A stretch of 64,000 nt of DNA from Malacoraja senta (lineage: Eukaryota). Position 1 is the first letter of the stretch. Each line of letters begins with the position of its first letter. Below, in pieces: positions 50,383 to 64,000 of the stretch. The notes beneath the pieces are model-generated. The model was not told the DNA's origin. It was given only the letters and a program-made list of their open reading frames with translations, and searched no databases. The DNA is taken from contig CM075988.1 in NCBI GenBank assembly GCA_038087875.1, positions 18,974,001 to 19,038,000 on the forward strand, read 5' to 3'. The position numbers and the translations under genes are program-made.

Positions 50383-50950
50383 TTTCAAAGGTTCAAAGGT
50401 CATTTTATTGTCACGTGTACCAATTAAGGTACAGTGATATGCGAATTACCTTACAGCCATATGGAAAAAAAAGCAACAAGACACACTACTACCTAAAAGT
50501 TAACATAAACATCCACCACAGTGGATTCCCCACATTCCTCACTGTGATGGAAGGCAACAAAGTCTAATCTTCTTCCTCTTTATCCTGCAGTCGAACCATT
50601 CGTCGGGGTGATCAAAGCTCCCGCAACCAGCAGTCGAAGCTCCCACGTCGGGGCATTCGAAACTCCCGCGTCGGAGCTCCTGCGGCTTGGAGTTCCCAAA
50701 GTCGGTCTCTGACCAGAGACTGCGAGCTCCGTGAAGTTAAGTCTGCAGGCACCCACGGTAGGAGCTCCGAGGTCGATCCCCGGCAAAGGGATCGCGGGTT
50801 CCGCGATGTTAAAGTCCCGTAGGCTCCCCGCGGTGGAGCTCTCAAAAGTCGGTCTCCAGCAAAGGCCACCACCTCCTCGATGTTAGGCTGCAGTGCGGAC
50901 AGAGATACAATAAGGAAAAAAATCGCATCTCCGTCGAGGTAAGAGATTAG
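50383..50950 (-). mobile_element. Third GC-rich retroposon copy
   Basis: Same hairpin (~50512-50551), repeated GATGTTA motifs, Rex1-type 3' end and (CCTTTGAA)n tail. Confidence 0.65.
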
Positions 50951-51078
50951 TCATGGAATAGGGGAATGAGAAATATAGATGGCACATAGAACAGATGAAT
51001 GAAAGATATGCTAAAAGCAATGATATAATGATATATAGCCGTCTTTATCTCTTGTTCCCCTTTCCTCTGTCTCTCAGG

Positions 51079-51106
51079 CTGAAGAAGGGTCTCGACCCGA
51101 AACGTC
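51079..51106 (+). ncRNA. Minimal hammerhead core copy
   Basis: Same 28-nt core. Confidence 0.7.
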
Positions 51107-51499
51107 ACCTATGCCTTTTCTTCAGAGATGCTGCTTGTCCCGCTGAGTTACTCCAGTTTTTTGTGCCGATCTTCGGTTTAAATCAACACCTGCAGCTCCT
51201 TCTTACACAAATGTCTTCGAAATGTCTTCTAAAAACTATAATGGCAAGATTAAAAAAGTTGTTGTTTTACTTTGCATGACAACGAGTTACCGTAAGTGAT
51301 TACATGCATCAAACGATTGTGGGTTTTCAGTTATCATATTTGTGTAAAATTATTGATTATTTATTAATGTGGATTATAATATCCAAGGCTATCAAGATTG
51401 CAGGCCTGTTATGCAACTGCAAGTATGAATTTCACTGTTCTTTGGTTGGTACACAGGACAATTAAACACACTTGACTTCTGTAAAACGACTGCTGTCTT

Positions 51500-51960
51500 T
51501 CCACACAAAATTCTGAAGTAACACAGAGGGACAGGCAGCATCTCTGGAGAGAAGGAATGAGTGATGTTTTGGGTCAAGATCCTTCCTCCGACTGAGAGCC
51601 AGGGGAGAGGGAGTCTAGAGATATGGAAGAGTAAGGTGTGAAAATGACTGATCAAAGCAGACGATGATGAAATGTAGAATGGTTCATTGTTAGCTGAGGG
51701 GAAGGTGACAAGGAGGCTTATAACCAGTAGAATTAAACAGGACAGTGAAACTACAAGTCAGGGTGGGGAGGGATGGACAGAGAGGGAAAACAAGGGTTAT
51801 TTGAAATCAATATTCATACCACTGGGTTGTAAGCTGCCCAAGCAAAATATGAGGTGCTGTTCCTTCATTTTGCGTTGGACCTCATTCTGACAGTGGAGGA
51901 GACCCAGGACAGAAAGGTCAGTATGGGAATGGGAAGGGGAGTTAAAGTGTTTGGAAACCA
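51500..51960 (-). mobile_element. Penelope-like 3' fragment
   Basis: ORF 51797-52117 contains KHFNSPSHSHTDLSVLGLLHCQNE...QPSGMNIDF, followed by the terminal repeat. Confidence 0.85.
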
Positions 51961-53579
51961 GATCACGTAGGCCTAGATAGACTGAGCTATTCCCAAGCTC
52001 TTGCCAGCTCCAGAACCAGGCAATGCCACCAAACTCAAGGTTCTCCACCCTCGAGCTCACATGGCACTCTGATCCCCCACCCTCGATGTAGCTTTGTGCT
52101 GTAAGATGAGCGACCATTGACGGAGAACTTCGCCGAATTATTCATCGCTTCAAGACAGCGGTAAGAAGGGACCTGCCAAGTGGGGCCCATGTGTAAGAAA
52201 GAACTGCAGATGCTGGTTTACACCGAAGATAGACACAAAATGCTGGAGTAACTCAGCGGGACAGGCAGCATCTCTTGAGAAAAGGAATGGGCGACGTTTC
52301 AGGTCGAGACCCTTCTTCGGACTGATGTCAGGGGAGGGGGCGGGAGAGTATGTAGGCGGAGACAGTAAGACTCGTGGGGGAACTGGGATGCCTGACCATA
52401 CTTGGCTTCTGTTCGGAGTCTCACGGCAAAGCTACCATTCATCACCAGAGCTTTCCCACATATCACATCCCCCCCCAACCGACATGCTGGCAAAGCGATT
52501 CGGAAAAGGAGAATATTTCCACGGTTGAATACGGTCTCCCCATATAGCAGACTAGGCCATGGCTTCACAATCTGTGCATGAGTACATCTACAAGATGCCA
52601 AGCCTGATAGACGTTAGATTAAACTGCCCACGGTGGAGTTTCACTGCCTCTAATAGAGACAGACATGGCATTTCCACAGGGACCTTTGATTTTAACAAGA
52701 AGTGAGCAAGATAAAGGTACGTGAAAGAGAGAGGCAACGAGAGACTTGCACCTTGATGTTTTCGCAGAATTATGCGATCCGTGATGATAAATTTATTCTA
52801 ATCAATGCTGTGCATGTAGCTGGCTCAGGCACTGGGGCTGTGGACAGGCTGACCGAGGAACGACACTCAAGTGGATGTTTGTTTAACTCATCCTCTTTTC
52901 CTTCTGAATAATTTGAATAATCATCTGAGCGACAGCAGAACTTGCTCGGATAAATGATGGAAGTGCCTGCTGGTGAGTGGGTTTTGCATTGCAAAGCACC
53001 TTTGGGCTCCCACAGTGCAACGGTTCTTAAATCCCCCGCCCCCAACTTGTGCACTTCAAAACGTCTGCTCATGACAATGGTTTAGTTTAGCGATACGGCA
53101 CGGAAACAGGCCCTTCGGCCCACCAAGTCCACGCCGACCAGCGATCCCCGCACACTGATACTATTCTACACACACTAGGGACAATTTACAATGACACCAA
53201 GCCAAATTTACCTACAAACCTTGTACGCCTTTGGAGTGTGGGAGGAAACCGAAGTTCTCAGAGAAAACCCACGCAGGGAAAAAATACAAACTCTGTACAG
53301 GCAACATCCGTAGTCAGGATCGAACCCGGGTCTCTGGCGCTGTAAGGCAGCAGCTCTACCGTTGCGCCACCATGCCGACCCAATGGTGATGGGGAAAGGA
53401 TACAGTGACGGTGGAGGTTACAGTTACGGGGGGGGGGGGGGGGTTGTAGTGGTTGGGAGGGGGGGGAGGGGTTGGGAGGGGTTGGGAGGTTGTGGTAAAG
53501 CAAAGGTGCAGTAATGGATGGAGGGGAGGTTGAGTTGACAGGGGGAGGGGGAGATTACATTGATCGGGAGGTTACAGTA

Positions 53580-54150
53580 AAACATCAGAACACTACAGCA
53601 CAGGAAGAGGCCCTTCGGCCCACAATGTCCATGCTGAGCATGATGCCAGGTCAAACTAATCTCGGCTATTTGCACATGCTCCACATCCTTCCAGTCCCTC
53701 AACATCCATTTCTCTATCTAAAACTTTCTTAAAAATGCCCCTATGATATCTATTTCCACCATCACCCCTAGCAGCATGTTCCAGGCACCCACTGCTCTCT
53801 ACAGAACAGAACTTGCCTAACACATCTCCTAGAAACTTTCCCCCTCTCACCTTAAAGCTATACCCTCTAATTTGAAGAAGGGTCTCAACCCGAAACATCG
53901 CCTATTCCTTCTCTCCATAGATGCTGCCTCACCCGCCGAGTTTCTCCAGCATTTTGTGTCTACCCTCTAATTTAAGATATTTCTACTCTGGGATGATGGT
54001 TCTGACTGTCTATGTCTCTCATAACATTATAAACGTCTATCTGGTTTCCCTTCAACTTCCAATGCTCCAGAGAAATGAATCCAAGTTTATCCATCCTCCC
54101 CTTACAGCTAATGCTCTCTAATCCAGGCAGATTTCTGGTGAACCCTTCTG
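53580..54150 (-). mobile_element. CR1 LINE 3' end, degraded
   Basis: FTRNLPGLE...KLGFISLE relic and GGGCCGAAGGGCC tail. Confidence 0.75.
53874..53960 (+). mobile_element. Minimal Penelope-derived insertion in a CR1 fragment
   Basis: Flanked by 13-bp TSD TACCCTCTAATTT (53861-53873 / 53961-53973). Confidence 0.85.
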
Positions 54151-54729
54151 CACAGTGATGGTGTTCGGCTGATGTGATGGACGGAGGTGACACGGTGATG
54201 GGAACAGCCATTGCAACCCAGGTTGAAAGTCTGAATTCACTACTGAGGCTGAATTAACCCCTGCAGGCGAGATATCTTTGAATGAAATATAAGCACAACA
54301 CAGATCTTGGATTCATCTTGTACCTTGATTGAAAACGCGTTTGCAATAAATGAAAAAAACTGCAGAAGCTGAAATTTAAAAAAAAGCAGGTTGTAAAAAC
54401 TCAGCAGGCCAGGCAGCATCTGTGGGAAATGAAACAGTGAATGTTTCAACATGCAGTAGCCATATTCATATTGTTACCGTTACAGAGAAATTGCAGATTA
54501 AAAAACAGCAAGGTAGATTATAAAAACAATGAGGTAGATTATAAGATTGGCAGCACAGTGGTGAGGCTGGCAGATCCACCGTCTCACCACACCAGGGAAC
54601 CACGTTCAACCCTGAACTCGGCCGTTGCCTGCGTGGAGTTTGCACCTCACGTATCTTCAAAGAAAGTACGGGTTAAAAAAAAGTGCAAGGGCTGCAACTG
54701 AGTAGCTTGGAAGATGGGGGCTACATTTT

Positions 54730-55190
54730 TAGCATGTGAGAGGCACATTAAGTTGTCTGACTACAGTGGGGAAGAAGCTGTTCCTGAATCTGGTATTTAG
54801 GCATCTTTTGTATCTTCTGCCTGACAGGAGAGGGGAGGAGAAGGAATGACCGGGTGCGAGCGGACCTTGAGTACGTTGGCTGCTTTCCCGAGGCAGTGTG
54901 AACGATAGGTCAGTCAATGGGTAGAAAGACTGGCTTGCATGACGGGCTGGGCTGTGTTCACAGTTTCTCATGTTCTTGGGCAGAGCAGTTACCATACCGA
55001 GCTGTGATGCATCAGAATAGAATGCCTTCTATGGTGCATCTATAGAAATTGGTAAAAGTCAATGAAAGCATGCAGAATTTCCTCCGCTTTCTGAGGGACC
55101 AGAGCCATTGGTATGCTTTCTTGCCTGTAGCATCAATGTGGTTGGATGAGGAACATATTGTTGGCAATATTTACACCTAGGAACTTGTGT
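54730..55190 (-). mobile_element. Rex1/Babar-type LINE fragment
   Basis: LSGRRYKR...RFRNSFFPTVVRQLN in ORF 54729-54995. Confidence 0.8.
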
Positions 55191-57077
55191 GATACAATAT
55201 CTTGATATTTCCTTCCATTTTTAGTCCAGTATTTATTTTATAAATGTTTTCTTTTCTCCCTGTAAACCCTGCTGCGATAAGTCTTGTTGGAAGAACAAGC
55301 TAAACCAAGTTGCTTCTTGCTGTGTAGTCTTTCCCTCACCATAACAGTGAATAGATGATCAAAGGGTAAACTCGGCGGCTCATGAGCCCTGTCCCCTCAG
55401 GCAAGCTCAAAGCTGCCTTGACATCAAAAGATAGATTTTTTTGAAATTTTAAAACAATGACAAATTCTCATTACCTGTGACTATGTAGCACCCCCTCTCA
55501 GCACCATGTTTTTGTTCGCAGAATATGATGTATTCCTTTTCTCCAGAGATGCTGCCTAGCCTGCTGAGTTTAGTTTAGTGCAGTTAGTTTAGAGATACAG
55601 CCCTTCGGCCCACTGAGTCTGCACCGACCTGCGATCCCTGCACAAGAACACTATCCAACAGACATTTGGGACAATCTTACATTTCCTGCAGAACCCATCA
55701 ATGGTGAGGTCAGTACTTGTAATGTACCAGACAGTGTCCAGCACTCTTTGTAATGTCGTTCATTCCTGGACTTTCGAGTTGCCAAACCAGGCCACGATGC
55801 AACTAATTAATGCTCTCTATCGTACACCTATAGAGAGTACTCATCGAAATATCAAATCTCCTCAGTCTAGTTTTAATCACACGCTCCTTCAATGGACTAA
55901 ATTGCAATGTGTGTCACAATGATATCAGCCCAATTCAGAGAGTGGTAACATTTTCCTTCCACTTGTATCTGTTGTACTTGTGCATGGCTTGAATGTACTC
56001 ATGTACAGCACAGTTTGGCTGGATAAGATGCAAACAAAAACTTTTCACTGTATCTCCAGTACACATGACAATTAATAAAAACCAATACCAATACTGAAGG
56101 AGGGCCCCGACCCGAAACGTCGCCTGTCCATTCCCTCCACAGATGCTGCCTGACCCGCATAGTTCTTCCAGCACTTTGTTTTTTGACCAATACCAAACAC
56201 ACCTAATACAACCTTTTACCACTACTCCCGTAAGGTCATAAGGAGCAGAATTAGGCCATTCAGCCCATCAAGTCTACTCCGTCATTCGATCATGGCTGAT
56301 CATTCTCTCCATACTAACCCCATTCTCCTGCCTTCTCCCCATAACCCCTGACACCCACCCAGTGGACCAGCGCAGGGAGTAACAGGATTAGCATCTGTGC
56401 CTAACCTTTCTTCCCCTTTGCTCCACCGATCAAGTGAATGTTTTCTTCCACAGCACTCAGGCTACCAGCTCTCGCGACGGCAGACTGTTCTCATCAAATT
56501 AGGGACTTTAAGTCGATCCACTGCACACCACCTTCAGCACTTCACTATATTTTAACAAACAAAGACGGCAAGTGCCTGCCTGAAGATTCCTAATTAAAAG
56601 GGCCAGTCAAAATTAGAAGAGTGAGTTACAATGTGGGTGCTCAAAACATAATTAAATGTCATATTGTGTGTATTAAGATAATGCATGACTGGACTTTGTC
56701 ATTACATTAATTTGCCTGAAGTATGAGTTTCAGGATATCATTCAAGGTGCCGTCTTGTCCCACCTGTATCTAATTTGCAGAACAGTAATTGCCTTAATTA
56801 GAGTGGGTGGGATGAAGTTGCTAACATTATAATTATCTCATGAAGTCAAGCAGGCACGGTGATATCATCCTGATATGCTCAGAGTATTGCAGGTACGGTG
56901 TTGTAGTGGGTTCAAGCGCGTTAGGTGGAGAACCGATTTTAAACTGTGTGTCTGTGAAGAGCCGGGGCTGGCTGTGTGCAGCATCCCTTCCCACAGATTC
57001 CCGGAGAGCGGGCGATTCTCAGTGTGCGGGTCGCTACCAGTGTTGACAAGGATGAAGAGAAATAGGAAAGGGACAAC

Positions 57078-57603
57078 TTTAGTTTAGGGATACAGTGTGG
57101 AAACAGGCCGTTCGGCCCACTGAGTCTGCGCCGACCATCGATCATGGATACACTAGTTCTATGTTAACCTAGTTTTGCATCCTACACATTAGGGACAATT
57201 TACAGAGGCCAATTAACCTGCAAACCTGCAATGTCTTTGGAATGCGAGTGGAAACCAGAGCACCTGGAGAAAAGCCACGTGCTCTCAGGGAGAACATGCA
57301 AACTCCACTCAGCTGTAGAATTGCTGTCTTACCGCACCAGAGAGCTGGGTTCAATCCTGACAACATGTGCTGTCTGTACGGAGTTTGTACATTCTTCCTG
57401 TGACCACGTGGGTTTTCTCCAGGTCCTCTGGTTTCCTCCCACGTTCCAAAGACGTGCAGGTTTGTAGGCTAATTGGTTTTGGCAAAGTAGTAAATTGTCC
57501 CCGGTGTGTAGGATAGTGCTAGTGTGTACATGGTGATCGCTGGACAGCGTGGACTCGGTGGGCCTAAGGGCCCGTTCCCGTACTGCATCTCCAAAGTCTA
57601 AAG
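57078..57603. mobile_element. Two V-SINEs head-to-head
   Basis: Minus copy 57078-57310 directly abuts plus copy 57310-57603. Confidence 0.85.
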
Positions 57604-58429
57604 AATGATCACAAACTCAGTGACTGCAGACCACCAGAATATAACCCAATTATTAGTGCAAGATGGTCAAAGAGAGTCCACCGTGCCCCCCAAAATTAAT
57701 TCCCCTGAAGCTGCTGGGGGTTCAACCAGTAAATCAACCTTGCACCAATCAAGCCAAGAGGGTTTAATTGTCACACATAGCAACAACAGAACAACGTGTG
57801 GGAAGGAACTGCAGACGCTGGTTTAAACGGAAGATAGACACAAAAAGCTGGAGCAACTCAGCAGGTCAGGCAGCATCTCTGGAGAAAAGGAATGGGTGAA
57901 GTTTCGGGTCGAGACCCGTCTTCAGACTGTGATGTCTGTGAGATTATTAAAGCTGTCACAGGATCTTGGTGAAACCAGCGACAACATAGAACTATCTGTG
58001 CGTTGGCAGCAGAATGAATGAAACTGCCAACGAGGGGACCAGTGCATCAGTCAGCAGCAGAATGCAGGTGGACACATTGTACGTTGAGTAATGCTGGCCC
58101 AGTGCTTTGAACATCACTGTGGGAAATAAATTTATGGCTGCTGTCAGTTTAACACCTGGAGACAGTACAATTGGAGTCACTTAGAACACTGTAAATCCAG
58201 CTTCTATTAATTGGCATTTATGCTTTTTTTTGTTTTGTTAATCCCGAATGTCCAAAGGATCTGTTTTTGCTGATGTAGACACATTTAATAAGGGTGGAGA
58301 CAAAATGCTGGAGTAACTCAGTGGGACAGGCAGCATCTCTGGAGAGACGGAATGGGTGACGTTGTGGAATGTGTAAAGACCCGTTGTGGAATGGGTGAAG
58401 ACTGTGATGTCCGTGAAACTATTAATGCA

Positions 58430-58640
58430 AGGCAGACAAAAGTGCTGGAGAAACTCAGCGGGTGCAGCAGCATCTATGGAGCGAAGGAAATAGGCAACAT
58501 TTCGGGCCGAGACATGAAGAAGGGTTTTGGCCCGAAACGTTGCCTATTTCCTTCGCTCCATAGATGCTGCTGCACCCGCTGAGTTTCTCCAGCACTTTGT
58601 CTCCCTTCGATTTTCCAGCATCTGCAGTTCCTTCTTAAAA
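58430..58640. mobile_element. Penelope-derived short element as an inverted pair
   Basis: GCTGGAGAAACTCAGCGGGTGCAGCAGCATCTATGGAGCGAAGGAAATAGGCAAC mirrored by its reverse complement. Confidence 0.8.
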
Positions 58641-61584
58641 ACTATGAATGCAGTTGTCCAAAGGGCAACTTGCACCCCCACACTACCCTCCCACCCGCTG
58701 AATTTGTGCGTTCACAAGGTGCAAGCTGGAGATGGAAGATGGCCCACGCTGTAGTCTGACCTTGGGTATTTGCCACCCGTCAAATGATGGATCCACCTGC
58801 ACCGCACTCTGCAGGCTCAGGCAATCGAAACCTTCTGCTGACGGACACCATTAGATTCAACGACGGTCCCCATATTTTCATGTGAACAGAAGCTGTCAGC
58901 CATTCCATCTCTCCAGAGATGCTACCTGTCCCGCTGAGCTACTCCAGCATTTTGTGTCTATCTTCGGTTTAAACTTGCACCTGCAGTTCCTTCCTGCACA
59001 TTTAATAAGGGTCTGAAGAAGGGCCTCGACCCAAAACATCACCTATTCCCTTTCTCCAGCGATGCTGCCCGACCCACTGCATTACTCCAGCATTTGTGTC
59101 TATTTTCTCCATTACTAAAGCAATGGCTTCGCTAGCAAAACCTATCACCTTCCCCTGCTTTGGCTAATCCATGACTGCTCCTGCTCTAACATGACCGATG
59201 CTTAACCTCTGTGCAAAGCCATTTAGTTCTATCAAACCAGCAAAACACAAAATGCTGGAGTAACTCAGCGGGTCAGGCAACATCTATGAAGGGAATGACA
59301 GACAATGTTTCGGGTCAGGACCCTTCTTCGGACTGAACCTTTTCATTATCCTGGCAGATTTATACAGTTGTACATGTCGGAATCTTAAAGTCATAAACCA
59401 CAGAAACAGGCCCTTCAGCCAAATTTGCCAAAAATGCCTCATTTATGCTGGTACCACCTGCATACATTTGACCCATATCCCTCTAAACCTTTCCTATCCA
59501 TGTACCTGTTCAAATGTCTTTTAAGTTTTGTTACAGTGCCTGCTTCAACTACAGTAATTCCTCTGGCAGCTCGTTCTGTACACCCTCCACCCGCTGTGTA
59601 CAAATGATGATGCTGGCTGCCTTTTTTTGAGCCAGCGCCTCCTGTGGATCCCTTCGCTGGTGGGGAGGTCAGTACCCGTTATGGATTGGGCAGTCACGGT
59701 GGCGCAGCAGCAGTTGCTGCTTTACAGAGAATTCAGCGTTGAAGACCCGAGTTCGATCCCAATTACCGGTGCTGTCTGTACGGAGTGTGTACGTTCTCCC
59801 TGTGACCCGCGTGGGTCTTCTCCGAGATCTTTGGTTTCCTCCCACATTCCAAAGACTTACAGGATTGTAGATTAATTGGCTTGGTAAATGTTAAAATTGT
59901 CCCCAGTGGGTGTAGGATAGTGTTAATGTGCGGGGAATCACTGGTCGACGCGGACCCGGTGGGCCGAAGGGCCTGTTGACGTGCTGTATCTCTAAACTAA
60001 ACTAAATAGTTTAAGTAGATACGTTTCATAGTGAAGGCATTCATGAGTCTTCAGAAAAAAGCAAGGGTCACTGAGGTGCAAATCGTTTTAACAGGATTCA
60101 CTTTTGCAAAATAATTATAGTAAATGCTAACTTTGGTTATGCATTTTCAGCTTTTGTTGATTTCTGGATATGCTTATGTTAAACAGTGAACCCTAGATGG
60201 ATTAACTTTTGATGTTGGTAGTGTTGGGCCTCCAAATGAGAATCGAGGCTCAGGACTAGCCCGGGGGTACTGTGCTATGTTAATTTCTTATCCTGCCTCT
60301 TCAGGCTCAGCATCATTTCAAAACCCATACCGTCCCATTGATTTTTTGTTGAATGAATTCATGAGACGCGGGCACAGAAGTAAAGGCCAACAATTCCTGC
60401 CCTTCCCTAATTGCCTTTGAACTGAATAGTTTGCTGGGGCATTTTGTAAGGCAGCTAAAAGTCAAACATTTTGCTGGATATACATGAAGGGCAAGGATGG
60501 TAGCTTTCATTGAAGAGATTTAGTAACCCAGGTGGATTTTTGCAGCTTTTCTTTCACACACATTTTCATTTCCAGTTACTGGTACTAAATTTTTATTAGT
60601 TAATTTAATTACCTAGAATTTAAATTCCATGGATGTTGTGGGGGATATTGTGGATTCCCAACATACAACACTCTATCGAAGTATGGACATCTTGAAGTAC
60701 TGGCACCTTGAAGGACATTGGACCATTCAAAAAAGCACCATTGAACCATCTATCCATCCTAATCCCATTTATCGGTTCTTGGTCTATGGTCAATGTGTTA
60801 TGGCACTTCAAGAGCTCACCCTGGACCTATTTAAATGCAATGAGAATACTTTGTCTTTTTCAAACTTCACCAGTGGGTAGAGCTGCTGCCTTACAATGCT
60901 AGAAACCCGGATTTAATCCTGGCCTTGGATGCTGTCTGCGTGGAGTCTGCATGTTCTCCCTGCAACTGTTCCTCCCACATTCCATTGAAAGTGCGGGTTT
61001 GTAGATTTATCAGCCTTGGTAAATCCCCCCCGGTGTGTAAGGAATGGATGGGAAAGTGGGATAACAGGGAACTAGTGTGAGTGGGCAATTGGTGGTCGGT
61101 GTGGACACGGTGGGCCGAAGGGCCTGTTTCAATGCTACATATCTCTAAACTAAACCAAACATGCCTTCAAGCAGTTAATTCAACACCTCTATGTGAATGT
61201 ACCTGAAAGCACTCAGTAAGCCAGGCAGTCTTGTGAAAGGAGAAACAGAGTTTGAATTCAACACTAATTCTGATTATTCTCCAGCATTTTAAGTTTTTAT
61301 TTCAGATTTCTAGCATCTGTGTTTTTTATTTGACTTTGAATTACTTCCAAAGTTATAGCCCTTAGTCATCAACTAGTCCACGAGGGAAAATAGGCTCTTC
61401 CTCTTCCAGCTGTCAAGACCTGTTATCATTTTATGTAACTCCATTATTTCTCTCTCAACCTCCATTGAGCCAAAGAAAACAGCTCCGTCCTAGTCAATGG
61501 AGACACAAGGAATTGCAGATGCTGGAATCTTGAGTAAACCACAAGAGATTGCAGAAGCTGGAAGAACTCAGCAGGTCAGGAAAA

Positions 61585-62227
61585 CATCCTTAACGTATGA
61601 TGAGCGTTTGACGTAGCTTGGCCTGTACTCAAAGGATTTTATCTGTTAGCTTTGTTGTTACCTTCTCCCAACTAACAATGATCTATTCTACATTTTCCTT
61701 GATCTCCATTCCCTTTGCCCAGTTTTCACACCTTACACTTCCTTATCTATAAACTTCCTTACCTATGCACCGCTCACTCCCCTGACATCAGTCTGAAGAA
61801 GGGTCTCAAACCGAAACGTCATCCATTCCTTCTCTCCAGAGATGCTGCCTGACCTGCTGAGTTACTCCAGCATTTTGTGTCTATCTTTGATTTAAACCAG
61901 CATCTGCAGTTCAATGGAGTTTCGAAGGATGAGGTGGGACTTCATTGAAATTTGCTGAATATTGAAAGGCCTGGATAGAGTGGATGTGGAGAGGATGTTT
62001 CAACTGTTGGGAGAGTCTAGAATCGGAGGGCATAGCATCAGAAAAAAAGGACGTACCTTTAGAAAGACGAGGAGGAATTTCTTTAGGCAGATGGTGTTGA
62101 ATCTATGGAATTCATTGCCATAAAAAGCCTGTGGCGGCCAAGTCATTTGGTAGTTTTATGGTGGAGGTGGACAGATTCTTGATTAGTAAGGGTGGCAAGG
62201 GTTATGGGGAGAAGGCAGGAGAATGGT
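61585..62227 (+). mobile_element. CR1 LINE 3' fragment with nested Penelope-derived insertion (~61640-61912)
   Basis: RRNFFRQMVLNLWNSLP relic, interrupted by the hammerhead-bearing repeat. Confidence 0.75.
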
Positions 62228-62619
62228 CTACTTCTGCTTCAATGACATCAACTAATGAACTTATTTGTGGAGCGAATGGACAGGCGACGTTTCAGGTCGA
62301 GAATCTTCTTCAGATCCTTCATGGTTCTGAAGAAGAGTCCTCACCCAAAGTGTGTGTTCGTTCCCTCCACAGATGCTGCTTGACCAGCTGAGGTACATCA
62401 GCACTTTGTGCTTTCCGCCAAATTAGAATTGCTTGTGGAAGACATGTTAGGGAGGGTGAAGGGATGGGGGGAGGGAAAGGTTAAAGGTGCTTCAGCAAAC
62501 ACGTAGACACCAAAGCATGTCAGAAGCTATCAGTTGATAAAATGGTGTGAGACACTTTACCATATACCTGACCCTGCAACCTACACTATGATACTCAGTT
62601 GCAAGCATAGGGCTGAAAT

Positions 62620-62845
62620 GTAATAGGAAGGAACTGCAGATGCTAGTTTATAGCAAAGATAGACACAAAGTGCTGGAGTAACTCGGCGAGTCAGGCAGCA
62701 TCTCTGGAGAAAAAGGATAGGTGACGTGTCGGATTGGGACCCTTCTTCAGACGGTCTGAAGAAGGTCCTGACCGGAAAGTTCACCTATCCATTTTCTCCA
62801 GAGATGCTGCCTGACCCACTGAGTTAGTCCAGCACTTTGTCTCGC
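62620..62845. mobile_element. Penelope-derived short element as an inverted pair
   Basis: Arms meet at CTTCTTCAGACGGTCTGAAGAAG. Confidence 0.8.
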
Positions 62846-64000
62846 TCTTTTACATAGGGCTGAGACTGCATTCGGCTTTTCTTTCAGAAATTTGTTAATA
62901 CTCAGCACTTTATAAATAGATGCACCGCTCTATAAATAAATGTCCTATTCAATGTTAGCAAGGGCCCTGTAGGATCAAGAGCTGTACGGTGTGTGCTGTA
63001 TACGTGACCTAGCTGGGATGGAGAAGACGGGTCTATTTTGGACCGGATAAAGTACTGCATAAAATAACTAGGCCAGGTCGTATTCGGCTGCAATCAGGTC
63101 AACCTTAGGTCATGTTATAATTATACATCTAAGCAAATTTTTCCTTCAGTTTCTCGATTAACATTATACAATCTAGCAGCCCAGTTATAGACAGCTTTGT
63201 AATGCTCCCTGCGTATGTCGTACACAGTGCTCTCTTTATTGGTTTCTAATACTGAATTAATTTAATGATTGTGGCAAGGATCAATGGATAACGACACTTT
63301 GTGAATCAGAAGTAACAAGGTGGTGCAGTGATTATGAGCCTGGGCTAGTTCTACAACATAGACCATAGAACAGTAGAGCACAGAACAGGCCCTTCGGCCC
63401 ACAATGTCTGTACCGAACAAGATGCCAAGCTAAATTAGTCACCTCTGCCTGCCCACATAGCCCTCCATATCCATGTTCCTACCGAAAAGCCTCAAAACGC
63501 CACTATCATATCCGCCTCCACCACCACTCCTGGCAACATGTCCCATGCACTCAGCACCCTCTGTGTAAAAAACACAGTTACCCCATGTAACCCCAGGGGC
63601 AGCACAGTGGCACAGTGGTAGAGTTGTTGCATTACAGTGCTTGCAGTGCCGGAGACCTGGGTTCGATCCTGACTACGGGTGCTGTCTGTATGAATGAATT
63701 AATAAGTTTATTGGCCAAGTATGTACACATACAAGGAATTTGCCTTGGTGCTCCGCTCGCAAGTAACAACACGACATACAGTAAACAATAAAGAATAAAA
63801 CATTAAAACATTAAAAATTTAGAATAAAACATTACAGTTTAAACATGTGAATGAAATAAAATACTAGTGCAAAAGGAGGCTACAGACGTTCGGTTTTTGA
63901 GTAGAGCTACTACTCGTGGGAAAAAGCTGTTTTTACGTCTGGCTGTGGCAGCTTTGACAGTCCGGAGTTGCCTCCCAGAGGGAAGTACTTCGGAGTTTGC

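Noticed and set aside
50920..50950. U1 snRNA-like CTTACCT...GGAGAT motif in the GC-rich retroposon
   Set aside because: Similarity is about 20 nt with gaps, does not extend, and is internal rather than at the element head in the 15660-16555 copy.
52770..53072. 100-aa ORF in unique sequence
   Set aside because: No recognisable homology or convincing splice pair.

Overview
This is a repeat-dense eukaryotic window, not prokaryotic. The SINE/LINE repertoire (HE1-like V-SINEs with CR1/HER1 tails, Deu-domain SINE relics, Rex1/Babar, Penelope) points to a cartilaginous fish such as a skate or ray (inference). The main feature is a near-complete Gmr1-type Gypsy LTR retrotransposon (22173-28161; SCAN-like gag, inverted PR-IN-RT-RH order, tRNA-Pro PBS, three frameshifts). 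It sits inside a non-autonomous Helitron, which sits inside a Rex1-type LINE 3' end. Also present: a second Helitron carrying two minisatellites, a young 5'-truncated L1 with TSD, Harbinger-type MITEs, and a solo LTR containing a 42-bp copy of nearby DNA. There is a GC-rich hairpin-bearing non-autonomous retroposon family with swapped LINE tails. Many short Penelope-derived elements carry a minimal hammerhead ribozyme core and often form inverted pairs. No host gene could be named. A phase-compatible chain of four candidate minus-strand exons (33.2-40.6 kb) and a promoter-like motif cluster (31.2 kb) are reported with low to moderate confidence. Coordinates were read by eye; boundaries of degraded repeats are approximate. 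Most short ORFs in the supplied track are repeat-derived noise.
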